A stretch of DNA of 60,466 bases, filler included, from 6 parts of 6 records of this genome joined end to end with filler, not necessarily neighbours in it, one strand, 5' to 3'; counted from the whole stretch's first letter, positions 1-10,135 are shown. Notes: a model not told the origin generated them from the letters alone. Numbers and translations: made by a program.

Positions 1-2
1 AG

Positions 3-176
3 AGAATTGCTGAAGGTAATGCCGACATTATAGCCATTGGCCGACCTTTTATAACAAACCCTGACTTGCCCGAAAGATATAGAAATAATTGGCCTTTGAA
101 TCCTGCAGAGGACATGTCGCTATGGTATACACCTGGTCCTGAAGGGTACACAGATTATGTGCCTCATAAGCCATAA
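3..176 (+). CDS. Old yellow enzyme/alkene reductase (NemA-like), 3' fragment
   Basis: Frame 3 translates to RIAEGNADIIAIGRPFITNPDLPERY...WYTPGPEGYTDY..*, the typical OYE C-terminus (GRPFI.NPDL, GYTDY). Truncated by the window start and absent from the ORF track. Confidence 0.85.
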   Translation, partial: RIAEGNADIIAIGRPFITNPDLPERYRNNWPLNPAEDMSLWYTPGPEGYTDYVPHKP

Positions 177-322
177 CCTTTAAAAATTGGACTCTCTTCG
201 AACCTGCCTATCACTTTAGCAGCAAAACAGCACAGAAACAGTGGCATATACCTAAGCACACCACTATTTATTTGTTACCAAAACAACAGGGCTTTAAACT
301 GTATTCAAGGAAAGGAGTGGAA

Positions 323-2428
323 ATGAATCGTCGTGTGACTAGAACCACTGTGTTGAATCAGGGAACCACTGAAGAGAAACGTGCAGAAATTCGACAGTAT
401 TTTCAAGACACGTTTGCCCTTGAGGACCAACTCTATGACACTCTAGCCAGAGAAGAAGCCTTTTATCTCAGGCCTGAGCCTTTGCGCCATCCCTTAATTT
501 TTTACCTGGGCCACACAGCGACGTTCTATATGAACAAGCTCATCATCGCCAAATTAACCAAGACCCGTATCAACCGAAGCTTTGAGTCCATGTTTGCGGT
601 GGGTGTGGATGAAATGTCCTGGGACGACTTGGACAGTTCCCACTATGATTGGCCTCCGGTTGTTGATGTTCAGGAATACAGACTGCAGGTCAAAAATTTT
701 GTGGATCAGATGATATGCAGCCTGCCTCTAGAGATGCCAATTACCTGGGAGAGTCCCTTTTGGGTGATTATGATGGGGATTGAGCATCAACGGATACACC
801 TGGAAACCTCATCGGTGATCATTCGCCGGTTACCCATAGGCCAGGTTCGACAACTTGAGCCATGGAAAATCTGTGAGGAGACCAATCAGCCACCGGAAAA
901 CAGCTTAGTACCAGTAGAAGGCGGCAAGGTTGTTTTGGGCAGACAAAAGAATGACCAGCTCTATGGTTGGGATAATGAATTCGGTACTCATGAAGCTGAA
1001 GTCTGGGATTTTGCCGCTGCAAAATATCTGGTCTCCAATAAGGAGTATCTCTCTTTTGTAGAGGATAAAGGCTATAAGCAGCAGCAGTTCTGGACGGAAG
1101 AAGGCTGGAACTGGGTATCTTTTTCGCAGGCTGAGTATCCCCTGTTCTGGATACAGAGTAAAAACGATTTCAACTATCGCACCATGGCCCGTATTGTCAA
1201 AATGCCTTGGGACTGGCCGGTTGAGGTTAACTATCTCGAAGCCAAGGCCTTCTGCAACTGGAAGGCAGCTAAAACGAATAAGCCCATCCGGTTACCCAGC
1301 GAAGAAGAATGGTATAGACTGAGAAGCCTACAACCAATTGCTGACCAGCCATACTGGGAACAAGCACCGGGAAACATCAATCTGGAATACTGGGCCTCCC
1401 CCTGTCCGGTCACCCGATTTCCTGTTGGGGATTTTTTCGATATCATCGGTAATGTCTGGCAGTGGACAGAGACCCCGATTTCCGGCTTTTCCGGTTTTGA
1501 AGTTCATCCCTGTTATGATGATTTTTCCACCCCCACCTTTGATACGCGTCACAACCTGATAAAGGGTGGATCGTGGATCTCCACTGGCAATGAAGCGACT
1601 GAACATGCCCGGTATGCCTTTCGGCGGCATTTCTTTCAACATGCTGGGTTTCGTTATGTGGAGGCCAAGCAGCCTCTTGCCCAACCTGAGGCCATGTACG
1701 AAACCGATGATGCCGTCTCTCAGTACTGCGAGGCACATTACGGGAAGAGTTATTTTGGTGTGAGTAATTTTTCCGCGACCGTGGCGGCACACTGTCTCGC
1801 CTTGATGGGTAACAGACCTAAAAAGAAAGCCTTGGATCTGGGCTGCGCAGTGGGCAGAACCACCTTTGAGCTGGCCCAGGAGTTTGATTTTGTCCAGGGT
1901 TTGGATTTTTCGGCCCGTTTCATCCGTATCGCCTTTCAGATGCAGGAAAAAGGCACAGCCCATTATGGACTCAAGGAAGAGGGTGAGATCATTTCCCACC
2001 ATGAAAAAAATCTCGCTGACTTCGGATTGGAATCGACAAGAAACAAGGTTGAATTTTCCCAGGCTGATGCCTCAAATTTGAAAACCCGCTTTACCGGCTA
2101 TAATTTGATAGTGGCAGCCAACCTGCTGGACCGGCTCTATGATCCTCATAAGTTTTTAACCACCATTCATGAACGACTGCAACCCTTTGGATTATTAGTC
2201 CTGACCTCACCCTACACATGGCTTGAGGAGTTTACCAAAAAGGAAAACTGGATTGGTGGTTTCAGGCAGGATGGTGAGCCGTATACCACCTTGGAAGGAC
2301 TGCAGGATATCCTCAGCGAGCAATTTCGAATGGTGGGAGATCCTCAGGATATACCGTTTGTGCTGCGGGAGACCAAAAGAAAATTCCAACACACTGTTTC
2401 CCAGATGACGGTATGGGAGAAACGCTGA
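323..2428 (+). CDS. ovoA: 5-histidylcysteine sulfoxide synthase OvoA (DinB-like + FGE-sulfatase + SAM methyltransferase), ovothiol biosynthesis
   Basis: LRHPLIFYLGHT, MFAVGVDEMSWDD, iron motif GIEHQRIHLETSSV (HxxxHxE), YDDFSTPTFD, RYAFRRHFFQHAGFRY and a C-terminal methyltransferase (ALDLGCAVGR). Start moved to ATG 323 after RBS AAGGAG. Confidence 0.93.
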   Translation: MNRRVTRTTVLNQGTTEEKRAEIRQYFQDTFALEDQLYDTLAREEAFYLRPEPLRHPLIFYLGHTATFYMNKLIIAKLTKTRINRSFESMFAVGVDEMSWDDLDSSHYDWPPVVDVQEYRLQVKNFVDQMICSLPLEMPITWESPFWVIMMGIEHQRIHLETSSVIIRRLPIGQVRQLEPWKICEETNQPPENSLVPVEGGKVVLGRQKNDQLYGWDNEFGTHEAEVWDFAAAKYLVSNKEYLSFVEDKGYKQQQFWTEEGWNWVSFSQAEYPLFWIQSKNDFNYRTMARIVKMPWDWPVEVNYLEAKAFCNWKAAKTNKPIRLPSEEEWYRLRSLQPIADQPYWEQAPGNINLEYWASPCPVTRFPVGDFFDIIGNVWQWTETPISGFSGFEVHPCYDDFSTPTFDTRHNLIKGGSWISTGNEATEHARYAFRRHFFQHAGFRYVEAKQPLAQPEAMYETDDAVSQYCEAHYGKSYFGVSNFSATVAAHCLALMGNRPKKKALDLGCAVGRTTFELAQEFDFVQGLDFSARFIRIAFQMQEKGTAHYGLKEEGEIISHHEKNLADFGLESTRNKVEFSQADASNLKTRFTGYNLIVAANLLDRLYDPHKFLTTIHERLQPFGLLVLTSPYTWLEEFTKKENWIGGFRQDGEPYTTLEGLQDILSEQFRMVGDPQDIPFVLRETKRKFQHTVSQMTVWEKR

Positions 2429-2566
2429 CCGAGAATGCATGTTTTTTTTGCAGCGGAGCGAGTGCATCCAGCCAGGCATTCAATACCGCTCACATCCGTT
2501 CTGCTCAGATGCACTAAAGCGCGCCGGTCAATTCAACGGTGCCGCATACCAAATAAGGAGTCCTTA

Positions 2567-3379
2567 ATGGCGAAGAAGCCTCAAGTATTGTTTTTGTCTC
2601 ATGGTGGAGGCCCCTTACCCCTTCTTGGGCACGAAGGACATAAAGAGATGGTTAACTGCTTGCAAAGAATTGCAGCTCAGATACAAAAGCCATCGGCTAT
2701 CCTTGTTATCAGCGCACACTGGGAAGAACAGACACCCACCATCACGTCAGCAGCACACCCGCCTCTTTTCTTTGATTACTACGGATTCCCTGAAGAATCT
2801 TACACTATAACGTATCCCTGCCCTGGAGACTCATTACTCGCCAACCAACTGCAAAAAATATTCGAAAACAGAGGTGTTGCGTCCAAGCTCGATGATCAGA
2901 GAGGTTTTGACCATGGCGTGTTTGTGCCGCTAAAAATAATGTATCCGGATGCTGATATTCCGTGTGTGCAGTTGTCCCTTGTTAACAGCCTCGATCCAGC
3001 TGAGCACGTGAAGATAGGCGAGATTCTTCAAGACGTAGAGCATGAGAATTTACTCGTCATTGGCTCAGGCTTTTCCTTTCACAACATGAATGCTTTTTTT
3101 ACACCGGTAACCAGCGAATCAGAAGCAATGAATGAAGCTTTTGAAAGCTGGCTGCTGGAGACCTGCTCCGACCTAAAATTTGATGAAGAGGAAAGAGCAC
3201 AACGACTCATCCAGTGGTCAAAAGCCCCTTTTGCAAGCTTTTGCCACCCAAGAGAGGAGCACTTGTTACCACTGCATGTCTGCTATGGACTCGCTCACAG
3301 GAGTTGTTCCGATTCTTTTAAAATTCGAATTCTGAACAGAAAATCAAGTATGTATTACTGGGGAGACACTTGCAGCTGA
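2567..3379 (+). CDS. DODA/YgiD-type class III extradiol ring-cleavage dioxygenase (LigB family)
   Basis: FLSHGGGP, VISAHW, RGFDHGVFVPL, IGSGFSFHN, HPREEHLLPL. ATG 2567 follows RBS AAGGAG. Confidence 0.88.
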   Translation: MAKKPQVLFLSHGGGPLPLLGHEGHKEMVNCLQRIAAQIQKPSAILVISAHWEEQTPTITSAAHPPLFFDYYGFPEESYTITYPCPGDSLLANQLQKIFENRGVASKLDDQRGFDHGVFVPLKIMYPDADIPCVQLSLVNSLDPAEHVKIGEILQDVEHENLLVIGSGFSFHNMNAFFTPVTSESEAMNEAFESWLLETCSDLKFDEEERAQRLIQWSKAPFASFCHPREEHLLPLHVCYGLAHRSCSDSFKIRILNRKSSMYYWGDTCS

Positions 3380-3450
3380 TAGCGCCAGCTATTACACATT
3401 TCACCCATGCGCGGCTCTCCTGAAAATTACACAGCCATCCTCACTTTTAT

Positions 3451-3963
3451 TTATAGTTGGTGAGTTTTGCGAATTCTTCGGATACGGTCGCGCACGATTC
3501 CAACGGTTATTTTGGTTTCATAGAAGAGTAATATAGAGCCGGTAACCAACCCTCCGACTGCCACAAAAACAGCTATCACAGCAATTAAGGCAAGTATTTT
3601 ATCTATTTCGTTTGAGTTTATATTCACCAGGCCTGCACCCACCAAAGAAATAAACGCGGCAAAAGCGAATCCACCCAATGAAAAATAAAACGATCGAAGA
3701 CTGCTTAATAAAAAGATTGCTCGTTTTTCCGTTATCAGCAGTTCATGCTTAAGCCTGTCTAACAGTGCAGCATCGTCCTTTTTGCTAACTTCCTCAACCT
3801 GTCGAGAAAGCTCACGTGCTCTATCAATTGCTCTTGCAAAGCGATTGCTTGTGCTCAGGACCATGAGTGCAGAGGCGTTGGTCAAAATTGCGGGAGCAAC
3901 AATGAATGTCAGAATGACAAATGGATTGTTTTGTATCTGATTGGCGTCTGTAAGTATATCCAT
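3451..3963 (-). CDS. DUF2721-like membrane protein
   Basis: IVAPAILTNASALMVLSTSNRFARAIDRAREL followed by hydrophobic helices; start set at ATG 3963. Confidence 0.65.
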   Translation of the reverse strand: MDILTDANQIQNNPFVILTFIVAPAILTNASALMVLSTSNRFARAIDRARELSRQVEEVSKKDDAALLDRLKHELLITEKRAIFLLSSLRSFYFSLGGFAFAAFISLVGAGLVNINSNEIDKILALIAVIAVFVAVGGLVTGSILLFYETKITVGIVRDRIRRIRKTHQL

Positions 3964-4445
3964 ATTTTTTCTTTTAAGAGTTATTCGATTGGCCTTCAGT
4001 GCATCCGGCACCAATATTAAACAACTTAAGCCAATACACAACCCCTCCAGGCGTATTTATACCTGATCTAGGCAAAGTAAGATGATGACATAAGCATTGT
4101 TTCCTCCTCGCTGCGAGAGTGAAAATGCTGTTTAGGGGTATGGATGCGAGGAACTCTTGGACATGCCTGGGTCTAAGGGCAATATCACAAAATCTGGCAG
4201 ATTCTTTGACTCCATGATAAGGAGTATTATTAACATGTTATTTTTTGCTATATATCGAATAATAATTGCGTGGGGCATGCTGATGAGTCGGCATTGACCT
4301 CAGCGCACGAGCTGGCAGGATAAGTAAGACTTCGTTTTCCAGCCTGCTTGTATCTACCTGTTGCACTGTTACACCGTTACATATAGAGGGTAAGGCGAGG
4401 TAATTTGTTACTCGCTGAAGAGTTAGTAAATCTTTATTATATTAA

Positions 4446-4615
4446 TAAAATTTTAGGTGTCATAGCAGAATACTGCTTGGATAATCGGGAAACTGGTGAA
4501 ATTCCAGTACGTGCCCAGCGCTGTAAAGATGATTGCCTTGTTATGTGCCACTGATGAAGATTGGGAAGGCGACAAGGCAAGATGAAACTAAGTCAGAAGA
4601 CCGGCCTAAAATTTA
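4446..4615 (+). promoter_or_regulatory. Cobalamin riboswitch
   Basis: P1 AAATTTTAGG...CCTAAAATTT with conserved elements GGGAAACTGGTGAAATTCCAG, CTGTAA, GCCACTG...GGGAAGG and B12 box AGTCAGAAGACC, directly upstream of bluB. Confidence 0.93.
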
Positions 4616-4668
4616 ATAAAAACAGCTTGGACAAACTGTTTCAACTATTTTCATTGAAGGGGAATAAC

Positions 4669-5412
4669 ATGAATTTACCTCACCAAATTGACAACCACAT
4701 CTCCGAAGCTGACCGAAATGCTCTTTACAAAATTGTTTTTTCTCGCCGTGACGTACGAGGGCAATTCCTTCCTGATCCAATACCTGATGATGTTTTGAGT
4801 CGTGTCTTATATGCAGCACACCATGCTCCATCAGTAGGGTTCATGCAGCCATGGAATTTCTTGATTGTTAAATCAAAAACTATTCGCCAAAAAATACATG
4901 ACGCTTTCAAACAAGCTCATCACGAGGCTGCTGAAATGTTCTCTGGTGAGAAACAAGAGGTGTATCGTTCATTGAAACTGGAAGGCATCCTGGAATCGCC
5001 CCTTAACATATGTATAACCTGTGATAAAGAAAGAACGGGTCCTGTTGTTATTGGGAGAACTCATATTAAGGAAATGGACAGCTACAGCAGTGTTTGTGCA
5101 ATACAGAATTTTTGGTTAGCTGCTCGTGCGGAAGGGCTTGGAGTTGGCTGGGTAAGCATTTTTGACGAGAACAAGCTTAAAGACATCCTAAATATTCCTG
5201 ACCATGTTGTTCCTGTTGGTTACCTTTGTATTGGTCGGGTATCGCACTTCTATCAAAAGCCGGAATTAGAAACAGCTGGATGGCTCCCTAGAACTCCGCT
5301 GGAAGACCTTATCTATTTTGATCAATGGGGAACAGGTAGCCAAGAAAATAGCGCCACCTTATTAAACCAGATCAAAGACGATGAGAAATTCCCTACCAAC
5401 TCTGCGACCTAA
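4669..5412 (+). CDS. bluB: 5,6-dimethylbenzimidazole synthase (flavin destructase, nitroreductase fold)
   Basis: RRDVRGQF, AAHHAPSVGFMQPWNF, SLKLEGILE, YSSVCAIQNFWLAARAEGLGVGWVS; lies under a cobalamin riboswitch. Start set at ATG 4669 because the ORF-track start is inside the riboswitch. Confidence 0.9.
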   Translation: MNLPHQIDNHISEADRNALYKIVFSRRDVRGQFLPDPIPDDVLSRVLYAAHHAPSVGFMQPWNFLIVKSKTIRQKIHDAFKQAHHEAAEMFSGEKQEVYRSLKLEGILESPLNICITCDKERTGPVVIGRTHIKEMDSYSSVCAIQNFWLAARAEGLGVGWVSIFDENKLKDILNIPDHVVPVGYLCIGRVSHFYQKPELETAGWLPRTPLEDLIYFDQWGTGSQENSATLLNQIKDDEKFPTNSAT

Positions 5413-5486
5413 CCTAACCCGCTGATAATAAAACAATATTCAACCATTGCCGTTTACTGGTTTCAGGTAAACAAAACACTTCAAAA

Positions 5487-5528
5487 CAAGATACGTGAGG
5501 GGCTCCTTGTCCCCCCTCGCGTCTCTTG
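5487..5528 (-). terminator. Probable intrinsic terminator between convergent bluB and pta
   Basis: Hairpin CAAGATACGTGAGGGG...CCCCTCGCGTCTCTTG with a T-rich tail on the minus strand. Confidence 0.5.
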
Positions 5529-5681
5529 CACAGTATTCACTCATTTTTCATCATTGATCCAGGTCACTCTCCTGATCCCCCATACAGTCAAGTCCGGATT
5601 ACATCAGATAGCATGAGGTATAGGTTGAACAATATCAGCAACAACGACCTGGGATTATCAGGTAACAATGTTATTTAAAAC

Positions 5682-7787
5682 TCAAACCAACCCTTTCTCC
5701 GCCTGTGCCTGGATGGCCGTAATGGCAACCGTGTTAACGATATCTGGTATCAGGCAGCCGCGGCTCAAGTCATTCACTGGTTTATTCAACCCCTGCATAA
5801 CCGGACCTATTGCCACCGCTCCTGCTGAACGCTGCACAGCCTTATAGGTATTGTTGCCTGTATTGAGATCGGGAAAAATAAAGACCGTCGCCTTTCCAGC
5901 AACGCTGCTCTCAGGCATCTTAGTCCGGGCAACTTTGGCATCAACTGCTGCGTCATACTGGATAGGTCCTTCGAGCATCAGGTCAGGGGCGAGTTCATGG
6001 GCAATCTCAGTGGCTCTTTTCACCTTATCCACCTCTTCACCTTTTCCCGATGAACCAGAAGAATAGGAAAGCATGGCAACCAACGGGTTCACTCCGAACA
6101 ACTTGGCAGTTTTGGACGTTTCAATGGCAATCTCCGCCAGCTGTTCAGCATTGGGCCTTGGATTGACAGCACAGTCTGCATAGGCGAGCACCCGGTCTTC
6201 CAGGCACATGAAAAAAACGCCGGACATAATAGTGCTGCCAGGCTTTGTTTTCACAAATTCCAAAGCGGGACGAACGGTCTGCAGAGTTGAATGTACAGCA
6301 CCTGATACCATGCCGTCAGCATGCCCTTTATAAACCATCATGGTTCCAAAATGGCTAACGCCGGACATGACATCCCGAGCATTATCCGGGGTAATCCCTT
6401 TGTGCCTGCGAAGCTGGTAGTAAGTGGCGGCATAATCGTCAAAGTGCTCAGATTCAGTCGGGTCAATAATCTCGACCCCAGTCAGCGAGAGCCCGTAATC
6501 AACGATTTTTTTAAGAATCACTTTGGGTTTACCTAACAAAATAATGTTAACAGCATCCCGGTGAATAAGTATTTCTGCTGCCCTCAAGATTCGCTCTTCC
6601 TCCCCTTCTGGCAGGACAATAAGCTGTTTATTGGCCCTGGCTCGTTTAATCAGACCAAACTCAAACATTTTAGGGGAAGTATACAGGCTGGAAAAACGGA
6701 TAATTTTCTTGCGCAATGCAGTGGTCGCCACATTGGTTTCGAAGAGTCCCAGGGCAGTGGCAATTTTACGGGTCGATTCAGGAGTGATATAATTGCGAAT
6801 AGCCTTGATCTTCGAGGCAGTACTAAAGGTATCATTCTCAACCTTAACAATGGGAACAAGTCCTTCAGCACCTTCAAGTAGATTTTGCAGCGTCTTTTCG
6901 GTTTGCAGGTAACCGGTAAGCACCATGCCCGCAATATTCGGCATTTTGGTGGAGCGATAAGCCGCCATAGCTCCCAAAATTATATCAAGACGATCAGCAG
7001 GGGTGATGACCAGGTCATCATCGGCAAGGGTGGGCAGGTAGTTCTGCACGTGCATTGCGGCCACCACAAAACGGGTAACCAGTCTGCTGAGCTGCCCCTC
7101 CCCATAGATAACTTCTCCATCAAGCGCGAATACGATTTCGGCCATGGTAAGCATTTCCAGAGATTCTTCCTGGGGAATGGAATAGATAAGCTCTACCTTC
7201 TTCCGAAGGTTATCCAGCAAAATACCTGGTAGTTTTTCCTGTAAATGCAGAGGTGTCCGGTTGAGAATCATCGCCAACACACTGGAGCCTTTGTCTTCAA
7301 AGGCTTCAATGGCAAACTTGCAGGTTTTGAGCATACCGTCGACCGAGCCCTCATGGGCATTAGCAACCATCAAGACCGGGCTGCTGAGGTTGTTTGCGAT
7401 GTCGACATTCAGATCAAATTCAAAAGCTGCGGAGTCGCTCTCAAAATCCGTTCCCAGGCAGAGGACGAAATCATGCTCACTTTCAAGGGCCTGGTATTTG
7501 GTCAGAATCCCCTCCACCAGTTGTCCTGTTTTGTGTTCCGTTATCAGGCTTTGAGCCTCATCAAAGGTAAAGGCGTACATCTGATCATATGATAATTTCA
7601 GATCGTAGTAGGTGGAAATCAAATGAATGGTTTTATCAATACCATCCGCATGGCGAGATGCATTAATGATGGGCCTGAAAAAAGCTACCCTATCAAGATT
7701 TCGCACCAGAAATTCCATAATTCCCAATGTGACCACGGACATGCCGCTTTGCGGCTCAAGCGCAGTTATGTATAGTTTTTTGGACAT
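5682..7787 (-). CDS. pta: Phosphate acetyltransferase, long form (BioD-like + DRTGG + PTA_PTB)
   Basis: 701 aa; IVLPEGEEERIL, ADCAVNP, GPIQYDAA, FPDLNTGNNTYKAVQR, GLNKPVNDLSRG. Confidence 0.95.
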   Translation of the reverse strand: MSKKLYITALEPQSGMSVVTLGIMEFLVRNLDRVAFFRPIINASRHADGIDKTIHLISTYYDLKLSYDQMYAFTFDEAQSLITEHKTGQLVEGILTKYQALESEHDFVLCLGTDFESDSAAFEFDLNVDIANNLSSPVLMVANAHEGSVDGMLKTCKFAIEAFEDKGSSVLAMILNRTPLHLQEKLPGILLDNLRKKVELIYSIPQEESLEMLTMAEIVFALDGEVIYGEGQLSRLVTRFVVAAMHVQNYLPTLADDDLVITPADRLDIILGAMAAYRSTKMPNIAGMVLTGYLQTEKTLQNLLEGAEGLVPIVKVENDTFSTASKIKAIRNYITPESTRKIATALGLFETNVATTALRKKIIRFSSLYTSPKMFEFGLIKRARANKQLIVLPEGEEERILRAAEILIHRDAVNIILLGKPKVILKKIVDYGLSLTGVEIIDPTESEHFDDYAATYYQLRRHKGITPDNARDVMSGVSHFGTMMVYKGHADGMVSGAVHSTLQTVRPALEFVKTKPGSTIMSGVFFMCLEDRVLAYADCAVNPRPNAEQLAEIAIETSKTAKLFGVNPLVAMLSYSSGSSGKGEEVDKVKRATEIAHELAPDLMLEGPIQYDAAVDAKVARTKMPESSVAGKATVFIFPDLNTGNNTYKAVQRSAGAVAIGPVMQGLNKPVNDLSRGCLIPDIVNTVAITAIQAQAEKGLV

Positions 7788-7883
7788 GATGCAACCTTAC
7801 AGAAAATGATATAAATCAAAGTTATCCAACCTGAATTTCTTGAATATCCCAAGTCAATCATCGACTCCCCACACTATTCCCAT

Positions 7884-8531
7884 CTAGCTATCGTTTAGAC
7901 ACTCGGTCAACTCCTGCAAAGAATCAATCGACCAGGTTGGGGAAACCGGAAGTGAAGAGACCTCTGCCTGGCTCCAGTTGACAAAAATGGTGTCGATGCC
8001 AGCGCTGGCTCCGCTGCAGATATCATAGAGGGCATCCCCGATAAAAACAGTACTGGTTTTATCGGCATCAAGTAAAGACATAGCCTTGAGGGCTGGTTCG
8101 GCATCAGGCTTATGTTTCGTTGTGTCTTCAGGGGTTATTAAAAGGTCAAAATACCTGAGGGTATCTGTGGAGTGGAGGATTTGCTCCAAGCTGAATCGTC
8201 TGCGAGAAGTGACAACTGCCAATTGTTTTCCGGCACCTTTAAGCAGCTCCAAGGTCTCTATGACGTGGGGAAAAGGGCTTATACTTTCTTCCATGATGCT
8301 GAGCTGGTACTCTAGATAATCATCAAGAATCTGATCATGATCAAGCTCAGAGCCCAGATGAGTGATAAGTTGACTCTTCAACGGCAGTCCGATACCATTG
8401 ATTATGGTATTTTTTTCCATAGTTTTGCCTGCATATTTCTCGGCAACATATTGAAAGCATGTACAGATGAGGTCAACAGTATCGAAAAGGGTTCCGTCGG
8501 CATCAAAAAGGTAGCAGTCGTACGGTTTCAT
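7884..8531 (-). CDS. HAD-superfamily hydrolase (PpaX/phosphoglycolate phosphatase-like)
   Basis: LFDADGTL, VVTS, KHKPDAEP, FIGDALYDI; start at ATG 8531. Confidence 0.85.
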   Translation of the reverse strand: MKPYDCYLFDADGTLFDTVDLICTCFQYVAEKYAGKTMEKNTIINGIGLPLKSQLITHLGSELDHDQILDDYLEYQLSIMEESISPFPHVIETLELLKGAGKQLAVVTSRRRFSLEQILHSTDTLRYFDLLITPEDTTKHKPDAEPALKAMSLLDADKTSTVFIGDALYDICSGASAGIDTIFVNWSQAEVSSLPVSPTWSIDSLQELTECLNDS

Positions 8532-8678
8532 AATAGGGCTCCAGTTTATAAAAATTGAGCAGTGAGAATACACCATTGACTGCTATCGGGCAATTACCTG
8601 CTGACACGGACTGAAGAGAAATCCGGATTAGGAGATTTCAAGCGATCAGTTGGAAAACCGACAATAAGGAGCGACACT

Positions 8679-8996
8679 ATGCCCATGAGTAAGCAGCAGC
8701 AGGATGAGTATAAATTGGTAAAACAGCGCCTGAGTTCAATTCAAAAGGTCATAAAGCTGGCTCTTAAAGATGACAGACTCCCTCAAACGCATGATACTGC
8801 CCGCTTTATGGCAGTATCCGAGGAGGTAGAGCGACTCTCCCACCATACCTGGAAGGCGGCAATGGACGACTACATGGAACGTCTAGCACAATTTCAAACT
8901 GCTATGGAGAGTAGAGATCTATCGGCACTCAAAGATGCATTTCAAGGTCTGCTTGATTGTAAAATCTCCTGCCACAAAGCGTTTAGGCAGAGATAA
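8679..8996 (+). CDS. XXXCH-domain protein (cytochrome c'-like helical bundle, GAK-system associated family)
   Basis: 105-aa helical protein ending in LLDCKISCHKAFR; RBS AAGGAG. Confidence 0.6.
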   Translation: MPMSKQQQDEYKLVKQRLSSIQKVIKLALKDDRLPQTHDTARFMAVSEEVERLSHHTWKAAMDDYMERLAQFQTAMESRDLSALKDAFQGLLDCKISCHKAFRQR

Positions 8997-9022
8997 ATCT
9001 TCCCGACAATCAAACCCTATTA

Positions 9023-10135
9023 TCACTCTGTACCATCTCCGTCAAAGCGCATTTTGAAAGCCAAAAAAAGCGTACGCTGTGCTTTATTAAAGTTGCCGTC
9101 GGACACCAGAAAAAGGGTTTTGCTCCCGTCTGGCAGATCGGGGCCAAACGACATTCCCTCTATATTGTCCAAGGAGCGGTACTCTTTATCCGGGAGCGGG
9201 AGGATATCCTCCAGGTCCAGCACCAGTGTCTTTTTAAGAAACGGAATACCTTTCCCAAAAGCGCTTAGGGATACCACTGATGAAACATCTACGGCCTCTT
9301 CCAGATTGACTTGGTAAATGCGGATATAATTTTTTTTAAGAGTATCGACCCAGCTTCTCTCCATGGTAAGCAAAGTATTTTCATCAAGGGCGAGCAGTTC
9401 AACCAGGCCATTACCCCCTTGTAATGTACTCAGACCTGTCGGGTTTGGGACAGGTGAAACCAGGTAAGGATAATGACCAAGGACCTTTCCGTTTTTTGAA
9501 TATTTGACGATCCGAACAGGTGAACCATGCGCAATTGCAGCCATGTCTCCATCCTGCTTAAGAGCCTGCTCGTTTGCTGTAAAAACAAATTCTGCATCCG
9601 GTGTCACTGTTAAAGGTTCTAAGCCGAGATTCTCCCGGACGCCTTTCGCGCCTTCCTCCCCCAGCATGAACTGCGAAGGAAGAGTCCACTGCTTTACAAA
9701 ACTGCCGTCTTGATTAAATTCGGTCAGAGAAGGTTCTATTTTCAGCCTTACTGACCCTTCACTACTAACGAGCAGATTTCTGTTGCCCAAGATTGCCAGT
9801 CCTTCACAGTCGACCTTGTATTTCTTGAATAACTCCCCGTGGGCGTCTTTGAAGTATACCACATCCTTTGGCGTGAGAGTGACCCTGCCATCATTGGCAT
9901 CTCCCTCAACAATGTAATACCTTGTCGGATTAAGCAGTGATTGGTCATCTGATACAGCGTAAAAGCTTTTTTTTTCAGGGTCATAAGTAAGCCCGGACAA
10001 ACCGTTAAAGGCCGTCTGTTTCACTTTCTCATCGTAGTGAAAGTTCTTATCCCCAATCAACTCCAAGGTAATTGCGGCAGCTGGTAAAACGGCAAAATGC
10101 ATAAGCAGCAATGGTAAGATCATCAACTTCTTCAA
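9023..10135 (-). CDS. Secreted esterase-like phytase family beta-propeller protein
   Basis: Signal peptide; GLSGLTYD..FYAVSD, DCEGL, SSEG, RENLGLE, LDNIEGMSFGP, LVSDGNF. Confidence 0.8.
   Translation of the reverse strand: MKKLMILPLLLMHFAVLPAAAITLELIGDKNFHYDEKVKQTAFNGLSGLTYDPEKKSFYAVSDDQSLLNPTRYYIVEGDANDGRVTLTPKDVVYFKDAHGELFKKYKVDCEGLAILGNRNLLVSSEGSVRLKIEPSLTEFNQDGSFVKQWTLPSQFMLGEEGAKGVRENLGLEPLTVTPDAEFVFTANEQALKQDGDMAAIAHGSPVRIVKYSKNGKVLGHYPYLVSPVPNPTGLSTLQGGNGLVELLALDENTLLTMERSWVDTLKKNYIRIYQVNLEEAVDVSSVVSLSAFGKGIPFLKKTLVLDLEDILPLPDKEYRSLDNIEGMSFGPDLPDGSKTLFLVSDGNFNKAQRTLFLAFKMRFDGDGTE

Noticed and set aside
323-2428. OvoA as a selenium (ovoselenol or selenoneine) enzyme
   Set aside because: No selD/senB-like genes are adjacent and the canonical methyltransferase fusion is present; there is no positive evidence.
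4561-4668. N-terminal extension of BluB given in the ORF track
   Set aside because: It overlaps the riboswitch aptamer; the RBS and family similarity begin at ATG 4669.
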